Shown here in pieces: positions 1 through 12,893 of a stretch of 64,000 nucleotides of DNA. Origin of the DNA: Octopus bimaculoides (taxonomy: Eukaryota); contig NC_068983.1 in the NCBI RefSeq assembly GCF_001194135.2, positions 143,545,414 to 143,609,413 of the forward strand, written 5' to 3'. The notes under the pieces are model-generated. The model searched no databases. It had not been told where the DNA came from and saw only the letters and a list, made by a program, of their open reading frames with translations. Within the stretch, counting starts at the first letter, position 1; every line of letters starts with the position of its first letter. Position numbers and translations under genes: made by a program.

Positions 1-95
1 AAAGTACTTTATTCCTTCCTTTTCAAGCATTACTGCCAAGAAACACGCTGTTTCGAAAATTTTCATGTAACTTCAAATCTCCACAACAAGCAATC

Positions 96-96
<1 letters not shown>

Positions 97-154
<58 letters not shown>

Positions 155-666
155 TAATAACAATAATAATAATAGTTTCTATAGCAGAAATAAGAGAAAT
201 AAATAGTGCTAGTAGCAAATAAGTATGGGAGGTAAGTTGAATTTTAAAAATATTTATTTATTTCATTGCAGCATTTGTTTTCTCTTCCTTTCATTCTTTG
301 TTTCCTTTTTCTTTCTATCTTTCTTTCGTCTTTTGCATTCTTTCTTTCTTTCTTTCTTTCTTTCTCTCTTTTTTCCTTTTTTCTTTCTTTCCTTCTTTCC
401 TTCTTTAATTTTCATGTTTATGAAATTTTCAAGAAAATAAAGAAGAGCAGGAAAATAATTTCAAAATGATTTTAAACTGTAAAATTATTGCTTTTCTCTT
501 CGTTCTTTCTTCAGCTATTTTCAGTTCTTAAATAAAACATTCGTCAGCAGAAATTGTTGTTCCCTGTATATTGTTTTACATATGCACACACAGACACACA
601 GACACACAGACACACACACACATACACTTAAATGTACACACAAACATATGTAAATATATGTATGTG

Positions 667-723
<57 letters not shown>

Positions 724-772
724 TGATACATATATAAAGAGAGAGAGAGAGAGAGAGAAAGAGAAAAGGGAG

Positions 773-807
<35 letters not shown>

Positions 808-865
808 GGATGGTTGGATAGGTAGATGGAGTGATATATAGATGAATAGACTGATGTAGACAAAA
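97..865. repeat. Compound microsatellites (TAA)n, (CTTT)n, (CA/TG)n, (GA)n, (GATA)n
   Basis: Seen directly. Similar arrays occur throughout (e.g. (CA)n 1746-1812 and 7741-7807, (TA)n 12843-12890 and 19708-19762, (CT)n 48263-48358 and 50161-50238) and account for many low-complexity entries in the ORF track. Confidence 0.95.
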
Positions 866-1224
866 ATAGACATGATAAACATTGCTGATTTCAACAAATG
901 AGAGAGTGTTCCAATGTTCAAGTTACTTAATCATTGGAACTAACAAATCATTAAAAAAAGAAGTCATTCAATGTTTTGGTTTTCTGTTGGTGATGTTCTT
1001 GTTCATCCCCAGGTTAGCCTTGATTGAACAGATCTGTGATCTAAGGCATTCCAACCGTGACCATCCCACCTTTTTTGATTAGCTGAGAACCCAGGACCAC
1101 ATTATCCATTGTAGTCCTTCCCTAAGATAGCAGGGTGTCATTTGAGGGAATACAGCTGCTATTTCTAGCACTTTGAGTGACCACATATAGGCAAATCATT
1201 AACTCAAACTTGTTTGGCCTGCAG

Positions 1225-1359
1225 AAAGAAGCTGAACTCATGGTCTTCATGGGACCATCTAAGACTAAAGAAGTTGACATGACTGATGTTCTTGAACATG
1301 TGCAAGCTGATGCCCACATTAGATCATTGTGTACGTGGCCATATATTACAGATTTGTAG
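1225..1359 (+). CDS. Candidate exon of an unidentified upstream gene (KEAELMVFMGPSKTKEVDMTDVLEHVQADAHIRSL[CTWPYITDL*])
   Basis: Acceptor ttgtttggcctgcag, possible branch site attaac and protein-like composition in non-repeat DNA. It either uses donor T|gtacgt at 1331 or ends at stop TAG 1357-1359. No homology recognised. Confidence 0.3.
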   Translation, partial: KEAELMVFMGPSKTKEVDMTDVLEHVQADAHIRSLCTWPYITDL

Positions 1360-1743
1360 GTACTTATTTTGCAAATTCAACCTGAATTTATAATAGGAAA
1401 CACTTCCCATGAAGTAGGATCATATCCAGACAGTTGAAAGTGTGAATCAAACTTCCTAAGCACACAGCCATGTAACTATCTATCTATCTATCTATGGTGA
1501 ATGACTAAAAGAATATATATATTTACCTTTCTATCTGTCTATCTCTTTCTATATATATATATATATGTATTGTTTGTTTTTATATCAAGTTATAATAAAA
1601 ACATATTTTACATTACATTAAACTGAAGGATTACCCAATACTTTTTGCAGGGGACATATCAGTCCAATAAAAGCTAAGCAGGCACTAAGAAGGCAGAAAC
1701 TTCGAAATCACTGTCAATACAATTCTTGTTGAATAATAGTATA

Positions 1744-1815
<72 letters not shown>

Positions 1816-1837
1816 CCAAATAGATACAAGTGAATAT

Positions 1838-2199
1838 NNNNNNNNNNNNNNNNNNNNNNNNNNNNNNNNNNNNNNNNNNNNNNNNNNNNNNNNNNNNNNN
1901 NNNNNNNNNNNNNNNNNNNNNNNNNNNNNNNNNNNNNNNNNNNNNNNNNNNNNNNNNNNNNNNNNNNNNNNNNNNNNNNNNNNNNNNNNNNNNNNNNNNN
2001 NNNNNNNNNNNNNNNNNNNNNNNNNNNNNNNNNNNNNNNNNNNNNNNNNNNNNNNNNNNNNNNNNNNNNNNNNNNNNNNNNNNNNNNNNNNNNNNNNNNN
2101 NNNNNNNNNNNNNNNNNNNNNNNNNNNNNNNNNNNNNNNNNNNNNNNNNNNNNNNNNNNNNNNNNNNNNNNNNNNNNNNNNNNNNNNNNNNNNNNNNNN
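1838..2199. other. Assembly gap (others at 2926-2935, 6506-6515, 17010-17151, 17884-17922, 21712-21800, 50239-50593, 52397-52509)
   Basis: N runs, almost all flanked by microsatellites. Confidence 0.95.
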
Positions 2200-2401
2200 T
2201 ATATATATATATATATATATATGATGGTCTCTACCGTCATTAGATGACATATGAGGGTTTGGCAATTTCCTATTGAACAACCACACAGATGATTTGTTTA
2301 TAGCGATCAAATGTTTGTGTACACATAAATTCACTCCCTCCATCAAATTGACATTACCTGTACAGGTGCAACAGGTGCCACATGTCAGATGATGAAATGA
2401 T

Positions 2402-2440
<39 letters not shown>

Positions 2441-2633
2441 CAATGTCTGTACACATATGTATGCATGAATGCATTTGTGTGTATGTTTGAATAAGCTGCT
2501 AAAGTGAAAGTTTAAACTCCAGTCAATTCCAATATGATCAATAAATTTGACTCTATTAATTGTATTGAGTCCCACCCAAATGTTTGTCATTATCCATAAT
2601 TTTTATTGATTAACATGACATATTGCATTTATG

Positions 2634-3245
2634 ATCATCATCATCATCATCATCATCATCGTTTAACGTCCGCTTTCCATGCTAGCATGGGTTGGACGAT
2701 TTGACTGAGGACTGGTGAAACCGGATGGCAACACCAGGCTCCAATCTAATTTGGCAGAGTTTCTACAGCTGGATGCCCTTCCTAACGCCAACCACTCAGA
2801 GAGTGTAGTGGGTGCTTTTACGTGTCACCCGCACGAAAACGGCCACGCTCGAAATGGTGTCTTTTATGTGCCACCCGCACAAGCCAGTCCAGGGGCACTG
2901 GCAACGATCTCACTCGAAAATCCTANNNNNNNNNNCTGGTGAAACCGGATGGCAACACCAGGCTCCAATCTAATTTGGCAGAGTTTCTACAGCTGGATGC
3001 CCTTCCTAACGCCAACCACTCAGAGAGTGTAGTGGGTGCTTTTACGTGTCACCCGCACGAAAACGGCCACGCTCGAAATGGTGTCTTTTATGTGCCACCC
3101 GCACAAGCCAGTCCAGGGGCACTGGCAACGATCTTACTTGGCTTGCCGGGTCTTCTCACGTACAGCACATTTCCAAAGGTCTCGGTCAGTAGTCATCGCC
3201 TCGGTGAGGCCCAATGTACGAAGGTCTTGCCTCACGACCTCAGCC
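2634..3245 (-). mobile_element. 5'-truncated RTE LINE (ORF2 C-terminus + 3' UTR + (GAT)n tail), duplicated across a 10-N gap
   Basis: Minus strand encodes EVVRQDLRTLGLTEAMTTDRDLWKCAVREKTRQAK*, then the shared tail ...GGAAGGGCATCCAGCTGTAGAAAC...CCCATGCTAGCATGGAAAGCGGACGTTAAAC(GAT)n. Confidence 0.8.
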
Positions 3246-3404
3246 CAATATTATATTTTTATATGTATGTATGTATTTGTGTATGTATGTATGTATGTAT
3301 GCATATATAAAAACACCTGTTCACTTTAATAAATTTGTGATGCAGTGATTAAATCAATGAAGGAACCAATATTTTAATAAGTTCTTTTTAATTTGCTATT
3401 ATTG

Positions 3405-3790
3405 TTGTTGTTGTTGTTGTTGTTTAACCCGGGTCAGTCCGGTATCCTTTTTTTTCTTTTTCTTTTTCTAACCTTTGATCAGGGAATCTATATTTGACAC
3501 TTGTTGCATGTTTGCTTTGAAAAACAGTCATAGTCACCAACAACGGTCGGTAAGTTTAAGTTTCTTATTGATGTTGCTGTCGTTAAGCCCAATGGCAGCC
3601 CTAATCCAGCAGACATATAATTGAAGAGATACCAGCTGTGACCATCTCACATTATTTTCAGATTGGTATCGAAAATCTCATTATCTAATGTGTCTGTCCT
3701 TCCTTTTTTTTTTTTTGAAAATGGTATGGTTTGATTTCAAAGTGATTTGGCTGCTACTCCTAGTATGTTGAGCAACCATATTCAATGTTC
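3405..3790. repeat. Old interspersed repeat family (CTGCTATTTCTAGCAGG / TGACCATC motifs, (CAA)n-associated)
   Basis: Diverged copies also at ~990-1175, 13190-13370, 24570-24790, 28560-28700, 32660-32800, 54010-54230, 61870-61970 and 62580-62780. Confidence 0.55.
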
Positions 3791-4870
3791 CCGGTCAAGC
3801 TCCTAATTTTAGTTTCTTAGTTCAGTTTGTGGAGTACTATTCTTCTTGAAGTTTGGCAGCAAATTTCCTAATTTCAATGAATTATAAAATTGTTTGGCAG
3901 AAATGCAACAGAACATAGTTTAATATATTTGTATAATAGTAGAAGAACTTCAGCATAAATGAATTATATACACACACATATATATGCACACACATATATA
4001 TGCACACACATATATACATATATATATATCATATTGACACCCACTTTTCCTGCTCACATGGGTCAGACAGAATTTGTTGGGGCAGATTTTCTACTGCCAG
4101 ATGCCCTTCCTGTCACCTGTTTCCAAGAAAGGTAATATTTCCCTATTACCAGGCATGTTCTCACAGGAAATTGGGAAAAAGGGACACTGCTAACATGACA
4201 GTGACACTCATGTGCGACCATCGTGTGTGATGCTCAAGCAAGAAACCAGTAACACACACACACACACATATATCTACATATATATGATGAGCTTCTTTCA
4301 GTTTGTATCTACCAAATCCACTCATAAGATTTTAGTCAGCCCAGGGCAAGAGCAGAAGACATTTGCCCAAAGTACCACAGTGAGACTGAACATGAAACTA
4401 CACAGCTAGGAAACAAGCTTCTTTACCGCTCAATCACACATGTACCTACACGCACCATGTTCCTGCATTTTATAAGAGGCAACTGAAGGTCCTAAGAAGC
4501 TAGCAATAGGAAGGGCTTTTTCCATAAAACACCATGGCCTCAGAAAAACTCTCATCCATGCCAGCATAGAAAAGCAAATGTAAAACACTGCTTCTGTGAC
4601 TGTAGATGATATTGTATGTTTGTGTGTGTATTAGGTGAAATAAACATCAGAGATGCTTTTTCCCATGCAGAAACTGCATGAGGTTTTACAAGTGCTGAAT
4701 CCATTACAATGTAGGGACCCCTTCTGTATCACCAACAGGTATCTCAGACTCATGAATGTTTCAGCTTTTAACCTGTATGCTTACCCTAAGTGGCACAGTG
4801 AGGACTGAATTACTCATGATCTGTGGATGGGTTCCACTTGCAGTCTCAATCAATCATAGTCATATATATA

Positions 4871-5097
4871 TTGGGTTGTCCGGAAAGTTCATGCCGATTT
4901 ATAGTAGCTTACCTTTTGACTTATTTGCCATGAAACCACCTCAGTTCTGAGAAGAGGGTATTTTCAAGTTAAAGGAAAGATGGAGACACATTGTGCAACA
5001 AAATGGTTCACATTTGGTTGATTAAAAATTTAATGGCAAGTATTTATTGACTTTTTCTTTCCTTTAAAAATCGGCAGGAACTTTCAGGACAACCCAA
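4871..5097 (+). mobile_element. Mariner deletion derivative (MITE)
   Basis: ~30-bp TIRs TTGGGTTGTCCGGAAAGTTCATGCCGATTT / AAATCGGCAGGAACTTTCAGGACAACCCAA, TA flanks and an internal transposase C-terminus EGIFKLKERWRHIVQQNGSHL. Confidence 0.85.
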
Positions 5098-5739
5098 TAT
5101 TTATGTATGTATATGTATATGTGGGTGCATTTATTTTCTAAATTCTTTGAAATCATTAATAAAAAATGACTGCTTCCTAAGTAAAACACAAAACTCTATT
5201 GTTGGACCTTAGACATCAGCAATGGGATAGAGTTACATGATAAACTTTAGAGAAGCCTTGAATATTTCCACTCTTCCACTTACAGACAGAATTTGCAGAA
5301 TATGCTAAATGTTTTTTCTTTCATTTCTTAAAAACCTAAATATTTTTTAAAAAATTTGCTTTCACTTTCAGTATCATAACAAAGTATATGATTACAAACA
5401 CATGTAAATTTATGTCTGGATAATGTTATAAGGTTTTGAAACAATTGCTCAATATTTATATGCTATTATTTATAGATTTATGTGGGCTTCAAGATTCACT
5501 GTTCCAAAGCAACTACTATTTCATGTTCTCCAAAAAAGTGTATAAAAATTATTATGATGTCAACATATATGTATATATATATTTATATGCACATACACAC
5601 ACACACAATTCACACATACATACATACAGACAGACTGACCAACATATAAATAGACAGATAGATAGATAGATACATACATACATACAAACATATATACATA
5701 TATTCAAATATATATATACATATATATTCATATTTATTC

Positions 5740-6360
5740 CTTCATTGGACACGAAACTCGGCTTGCGAAGACCTGTTGGGGCAAGCGAAAGCGAAATCGT
5801 GATGGCACCTATGCCCAGCGTCGCCTTCCTGGCACGTGTAAAGACATTCAAGTGAGATCATTGCCAGTGCCGCTGGACTGGCTCCTGTCCAGGTGGCACA
5901 TAAAATACACCATTTTGAGCGTGGTCGTTGCCAGTACCACCTGACTGGCTTTTGTGCCGGTGGCACGTAAAAGCACCCACTACACTCTCGGAGTGGTTGG
6001 TGTTAGGAAGGACATCCAGCTGTAGAAACTCTGCCAAATCAGATTGGAGCCTGGTGCCGCCTTCTGGCTTGCCAGTCTTCAGTCAAATCGTCCAACCCAT
6101 GCTAGCATGGAAAGCGGACGTTAAACGATGATGATATGTACATATACATATATATGTGTATGCATGTATCATACATACATAATTATATACACATGTATAT
6201 ATATATGTATACATGTATGCATGTACGTATGTATGTATGTATGTATGTATGTATATATGTATGTATGTATGAATGAATGTATGTATACATGTATGTATTC
6301 ATAAAAAATAAACACACACACAGACACATACACACACACACACACATACATATATATATG

Positions 6361-6405
<45 letters not shown>

Positions 6406-6725
6406 AAATATAGGATAAAATCTTTATAAGAATTTATCAAGTAGTTAGCATGAAAAAAACCTCATAAGGGAAAAATTTATTAATTATTCCCTATAAATAT
6501 ATATANNNNNNNNNNGTGACACGTAACGTGCGGGTGACACGTAAAAGCACCCACTACACTCTCTGAGTGGTTGGCGTTAGGAAGGGCATCCAGCTGTAGA
6601 AACTCTGCCAAATCAGACTGGAGCCTGGTGTTGCCATCCGGTTTCACCAGTCCTCAGTCAAATCGTCCAACCCATGCTAGCATGGAAAGCGGACGTTAAA
6701 CGATGATGATGGATGATGATGATAT
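5740..6725 (+). mobile_element. Two RTE 3'-UTR fragments separated by TA-rich microsatellite and a gap
   Basis: Same 3' tail and (GAT)n ends at ~6135 and ~6722. Confidence 0.75.
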
Positions 6726-6943
6726 AGTATGAATATATTGCAATTTACATGATGGGAAATGTTATAGTTTTGTGCCACGTTTTTCTTTTAGCATTCTTTT
6801 CCAGTACTTATTCCTTTCTCCAAAACCACCAACACAGAAATTCCTCTGCTTTCGTCAAGTTGCTGATGGTGCCACAGAAATCAGCTCACACCACCCTCAG
6901 CATGAAAAAAATAAAATATGTTCCTTTTAAAAGCATGTTACTT

Positions 6944-6980
<37 letters not shown>

Positions 6981-7737
6981 GACTCCAGTCAAACGTGATC
7001 AAGCAAATCTCCGATCAGAGGTGTACCAGCTGTGACCATCATGTCTCTCTCTCTCTCCCCCCTATTTTTTTTGTTTTTTTCTAAATTTTTACTTACGTGT
7101 ATAATGTATATCTAGTGCATGACGAAAAGTATTCTATCTATAATCATTTATAAATTTCCCAGATTACATTATAACTAAAGTTTTCCTTCACATTTTTATT
7201 GAAGTAAAGTGTACTTTTAGGGATGTTTGGCTGTTATTTCTAGTAAGTCATGCAACCACAGTGAGTTCATTTCAATGGTGTGTTTGTCTTAGTAGTGGTA
7301 ATTTCCTGCATCAGTCTTTAGTGAATCATATTAGTATGTATCTATTTCAAGAGAATGAGAAGCAAGCCGATGTACATTCATCCTTCTGTGACCAAGTCAC
7401 ATTTCTAAGCAGTTTTTGCAAAATGCCTGACTATAAAAATCATATTAAGTAGAACTGGTAGAATGTCAGACAAAATGCCTTGTAATATTTAGTTACAAAC
7501 CCCTGACATCCTGAGTTCAAATTTTGCAAAGGTTTGGCTTTACTTTTCATCTAACACACTCCTCCAGATTTGTGGTCTTCTAACCATAATAGAGATGGTT
7601 ATTATTAGCAGAATCAGTAGAGAATCAATCAAAATGTCCTACAGTATTTAATTATGCACCTCTACAATCTGACTTCAGATCCCACTGGGCTCTCTATATC
7701 TTTCCTCTTATAGCCGATGAAATAAATATCAACCAAC

Positions 7738-7805
<68 letters not shown>

Positions 7806-7809
<4 letters not shown>

Positions 7810-9033
7810 GTGTTTGAGATTGCAAGACAGTGTGTGAGAGAAAATTATGATGTCAGGAGAGAAATGTGTCTGCATGGATGATGGTGCACCTGCATTTAAT
7901 GATTCTACAAAGAAAAAGGCTTGGAAATACCATTGTGAAAGACTGCTGAATGTGGAGAATGAATGAGAGGAGGAGAGTCTACCAAATGTTGACCCATCTG
8001 AGGGACCAGCTATCCGAATTACCAGTACCCTGGTAGATAAAGCAATTAAGGATATGAAGACAGGGAAAGCCCCCAGGCCATCAGGAATCACCGCTGTGAT
8101 GCTTAAAATATCTAGCAATGTGGGTTAGGGTCTAATCACCTGTATTGTAAATCAGGTGGTTCACAAAGGAATCATACCCAATGACTGGTGTAGCAGCATC
8201 ATAGTTAACTGCTACAAGAGTAAAGGTGGTGCCTTAGATAGAAATAATTACAGAGGTATCAAATTGTTGGATCAGGTGATGAAAGTTACAGAAGGAGTCA
8301 TAGCCCAACTAATTAGGGAGAGAGTTAGCCTAGATGAGATGCAGTTTGGTTTTGTGCCAGGGAGAAGCACCACTGGTGCTATGTTTTTGGTAAGGCAGCT
8401 GCAGGAGAAATACATAGCCAGAGATAAACCTCTGTACTTGACTTTGTTGACTTGGAGAAAGCCTTTGAGGTAGAGTTAGTCCCAGTAAGACATGGGCCGA
8501 GTTGGTGAAGCATAATCTTTGACCTTTAGGCCTCACAGTGGCAATGTCTAGTGACCGAGGATATGCAGTGCTTGAGAAGACCCATCAAGCCAAGTGAAAT
8601 CATAATTGTGGCTGATGCTGGTGGCATGGGTGCTAGTTATAAAGAGCCCCTTTCAAGCATTGAGCCTCATGGAAGTAAAGTGGCTGAGCTCCTTTCCAGC
8701 ATTGGACCTCACAGAGGCTAAGTGGCTGAGCTCCTTTCGAGTGTTGGGCCTCACGGTGACAATGACCGAGACCTTTGGCATTATGTCATGCTTGAGAAGA
8801 TGACCCATCAAGCTGAGAAAAATCACAGTTGTGGCAGATACCGGTATCACGCAAATTACACCTGTGCTAGTGGCATGTAAAAGCACCTATTACACTCTCG
8901 GAGTGGTGGGCATTCAGTCATAGAAACTATGCCAAATCAGACTGGAGTCCACTGCAGTCTTCCAGCTTGCCAGCCCTGGTCAAACTGTCCAACCCATGCA
9001 GCATGGGCAATGGACCTTAAATGATGATGATGA

Positions 9034-9084
<51 letters not shown>

Positions 9085-9560
9085 CACACATAGATAGATA
9101 GATAGATAGACCCAGGAAGACATGTGAGAAAGTGGTGAAAAAAGGATCTACAGACATTGGGACCCACAGAGGGGAGGACAGGGGACCAAAACTCCTAACA
9201 GTTTGCTGTACTTGAAAAGACAGGTCAAGCTAAGTAAAAGCATGGTCGTCCTTGCATACAGGTTGTCCCCTGCATCCCTCTCCAGCTGAACATTCCTAAC
9301 CTTGCAGGTTCATGGGTGCTGGTGCCTTGTAAAAAGCACTTGTACCAGTGCCATATAAATGCACCTATGCCAGTGCTGCATAAAAGCACCTGGTACACTC
9401 TGTAAAGTGGTTGGCATGAGGAAGGGAATCCAGCTGTAGAAACCATTGCCAAAAGAGACATGGAGCCTGGGCAGCTCTCCTGCTGGCCAGCTCCTATCAA
9501 ACCGTCCAACCCATGCCAGCATGGAAAATGGATGTTAAATGATGATGAGGAGGAGGAGGA
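7806..9560 (+). mobile_element. Rearranged RTE LINE: RT N-terminal part, ORF2 end and two 3' UTRs
   Basis: KAPRPSGIT...DW..SIIV..YKSKGGALDRNNYRGIKLL...MQFGFVPGRSTT..FLVRQLQEKY motifs with stops and frameshifts; (GAT)n tails at ~9022 and ~9540. Confidence 0.85.
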
Positions 9561-10282
9561 GGAGGAGGAGGGGGGTATCAATTTATGTATATATGAGTGT
9601 GAGTGAGTGTGTGTGTCTGGGTAAATCATCAGTGAGAAACATGAATAGCTGGTGATTTTTAAACAAAGCTCTTTGTTATATTTGCTCTACTGTGGGTAAC
9701 AGATACTCCTTTGTCATCCTTGCCAACTGAAATACTGTGAATAAAGTATGATTGACCCATGGGAAATCAGTAGTCAGTGGCACTACTGTTCACCAACTGC
9801 AATATAAAATACAAATAAGCAGGTACTGAGGTTGATTGTATCAACTGTTTTCACTGAATGAATGAATTCTTGGCCTGGCAGAATTGTTAGAGCATCATAA
9901 AAAATGTTGTGTAGTTTTGTTCTAGCTATTTGCATTCTCAGTTGAAATCCTACCAAGGTCAACTTTGGTTTTCATTCTTTCATCAGTAAAATAAAGCACC
10001 AGCCGAGTATTGGGGCAAGTCATGTTGACCATCTCCCCTCCGACTCTCAAAATTGCTAACCCCTTCATCCCTCAAAATTGCTAACCTCGTGTGCCAAACA
10101 AAATGCTTAGCAGCCTTTCTTCCAATTACATGTTCTGAGTTCAAAGGCTGCTGGGATTGACTTTGCTTTTCATCCTTTCGGGGTTGATAAAATAGGTGCC
10201 AGTTGAGCACTGTGGTTGATGTGACCAACTTACCCCTTCTGAAATCACTGGCCTTGTGCTAAAATTTGAAACCATTATTATT

Positions 10283-11141
10283 CAGTTTGACTCAGGTTTG
10301 TTCTTATTCCTGGTAGAATTCATGTGGGTAGTGGGTTACTACTTGTAGCCTTAGATATCCATAAGCTTTCAATAATCTTTCAAGTGCTCAAAACCCTCTG
10401 ATTATCTTTCCTGACCCTAAGAAGCAAACTTTCTGTAGACGTTTTACAGGACATTCTATTCCAATCTCTTTCAATCATTTGTCTATATCATTATTCACAG
10501 TTCCTAATGCAACAATTATTTCAGGCACACTCTTTAGAGTTTTCATACTCCAAATTCACACAATTTCAAATTTTAAGAGATTGCATTTTTATAATTTTTC
10601 ATCTTCTTTCATTACAATCCTGGAATCAAACAGACATGATGGATCAATTAGTAAGGAACTTCGTTTTTTTCATGTATATTACTGTTATATTTGGTTTATT
10701 ATTTTCTTATCTATTTGAATAGGAAAGTTCCATAAAGCTTGCATTTCTTCAGCTCAAGCATTCTTTCAACCCAATGATCATACCATGTAATTCCAGCTTC
10801 AAACCCCCATTTCTGACAAAACTTCCAGTGCAAAGCTTTCACAACTTTGTCATGCCCCCATTTCTTATATTTACTCTGAGCCAACTTGCGATATTCTGCA
10901 ACAATGTTTGCCATAGCTGCAATAATAAGATTTTCTGCTCCTTTTTTTTAATTGCTCTTTTTTTCAACCAAGCCAGGTTTTTATTCAACATACATTCTCA
11001 GTGACTTCTTAAAACCGATTATGCAAAGCTTTCAATTTGTTTAACATACATTTGTTGTCCTTTTCTCCTATTTCACACTTGATCACCTGTTCTTTATTCA
11101 CTGCCTTTAGTAATTTCTCTGTGTTGCTCTGTAAATATTCC
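10283..11141 (-). mobile_element. R4/Dong-like RLE non-LTR retrotransposon 3' fragment
   Basis: LAQSKYKKWGHDKVVKALHWKFCQKWG...WYDH..., followed by degenerate restriction-like endonuclease motifs. Both ends abut (AAT)n. Confidence 0.8.
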
Positions 11142-11406
11142 ATTATTATTATTACTATTATCATTATTATTATTATTATTATTATTATCATCATCTTATT
11201 ATTAAGACAGCAAGCTGGCAGAATCTATCTTTACATTCTGAGCTCAAATTCCATCGATGTCAACTCTACCTTTCCTCCTTTCTGAGTTGATAAAATAAGT
11301 AGCAGTCAAGCACTGGGGTTGATGTAATTGACTTTCTCCCTCCCACAAAATTTCAGGTTTTGTGCCTTTAGTAGAAAGGATTATCATCATCATTATTATT
11401 ATTATT

Positions 11407-12240
11407 CAGTAGTCTTAGTTTTATAACGTGCTTTCAGTGCAGCTCTGTGTGCCTTGGGTATGTGCTGTGGTTTGCTGTGGTGCTCTTATTTTCACTGTAT
11501 TGAAAGCGTTTTATGTAGGATATGTCCAGTGCCTAGTAATGCTGTTTTCTGTATGTTATATATACTTGTAAGTCCTGGTGTTTTTGTTATGTATTTGTCT
11601 GGATGTTTTTTATCATCCCTAATGCACCTACTATGATAGGAACTGTTTCTGTTTTTAGGCTCCACATTCTAGTTACCCTTGTTTCAAGATCTTTGTAGTT
11701 TGAAAGTTTCTCCATTTCTTTTAGAGAAACGTTGTCATCTGTTGGTATTGATTCATCGATCAGAAAGCATTTTTTTAATCTCTAACAACTATATCTGGCC
11801 TATTAGCCTTAATTTTTCTATGTGTGTATTGGCATATCCAAGAGTATGGCTGCTTTCTCATTTTCTATGACTTTTTCTAGGGTGTGCCTACACCAATCTT
11901 TTTTCTGATGTTATTCCATAGTGTTGGCATAGCTTCCAGTGTATATAGGTCCCAACTCTGTCGTGTTTGTGGATATATTCCTTCTTAGCCAAGTTTATTG
12001 TTTCTTCTCCATCACCACATATTCTGCAGTTACTTCTTGTATTTCTTTTCATTATGTGTTTTTGGTGATTTCTGATAGGAAGGCTTTGATCTTGTGCCAC
12101 AATTAAAAATCCTTCAGTCTCTACTTTGAGTCTTGAGCTTCTCAGTTTCTTCTTGTTGGGATTTTGCTTTGCCCATCTCTTTTCTGTTTAGCTTAACCCA
12201 ATGTTTGCCATTTATGGGCTTTTCTTGCCATTGTTTTATC
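11407..12240 (-). mobile_element. Second R4/Dong-like RLE LINE 3' fragment
   Basis: ETEGFLIVAQDQSL..., CRICG.GEETI (CCHC knuckle region), LAKKEYIHKHDRVGTYIHWKLCQHYG. Both ends abut (AAT)n. Confidence 0.85.
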
Positions 12241-12465
12241 TAATTATCATTATTATTGTCATTATTATTATTATTATTATTATTACTATTATATATACAT
12301 ACAATGGGCTTCTTTCAGTTTCCATATACCAAATCCACTCACAAGGCTTTGGTCATCCCGAGGCTATAGTAGAAAATACTTGCCAAAAGTGCCACACAGT
12401 GGAACTAAATGCAGAACCATGTGGTTGGGAAAAAAGCTTCTTGCTACATAGCCATGCTTGTTCCT

Positions 12466-12507
<42 letters not shown>

Positions 12508-12835
12508 TCTATAATTCTGCTTAGTCACAGTTAAACCAATAGCCAGTTTTAAAAATTAGTATACTTATAGTGCATGGTATTTCTGAGCTCTGGCAGCAAG
12601 GCAGCATGCACTCTAAACTCCTATATAAACTGGAAAATAAGTACAGACCATAATTTCAATTTATAAATATACAACAAAGAACAGGAGTCACATAATCACA
12701 TTCATTGGTTTACGGTTGTTTCTGCTCTATGGAATTGTGCTCTTTGAGTGAGAAAGAATGTGGTGTAACTTTGATGAATCCAGTGATTGTGATTATGTAA
12801 GTCCCTTTTCTTTTGTAATTAATTAATACATATAC

Positions 12836-12889
<54 letters not shown>

Positions 12890-12893
<4 letters not shown>

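Noticed and set aside
2936-3135. Tandem duplication of an RTE tail across the 10-N gap
   Set aside because: Identical sequence on both sides of a scaffolding gap is most likely an unmerged contig overlap.
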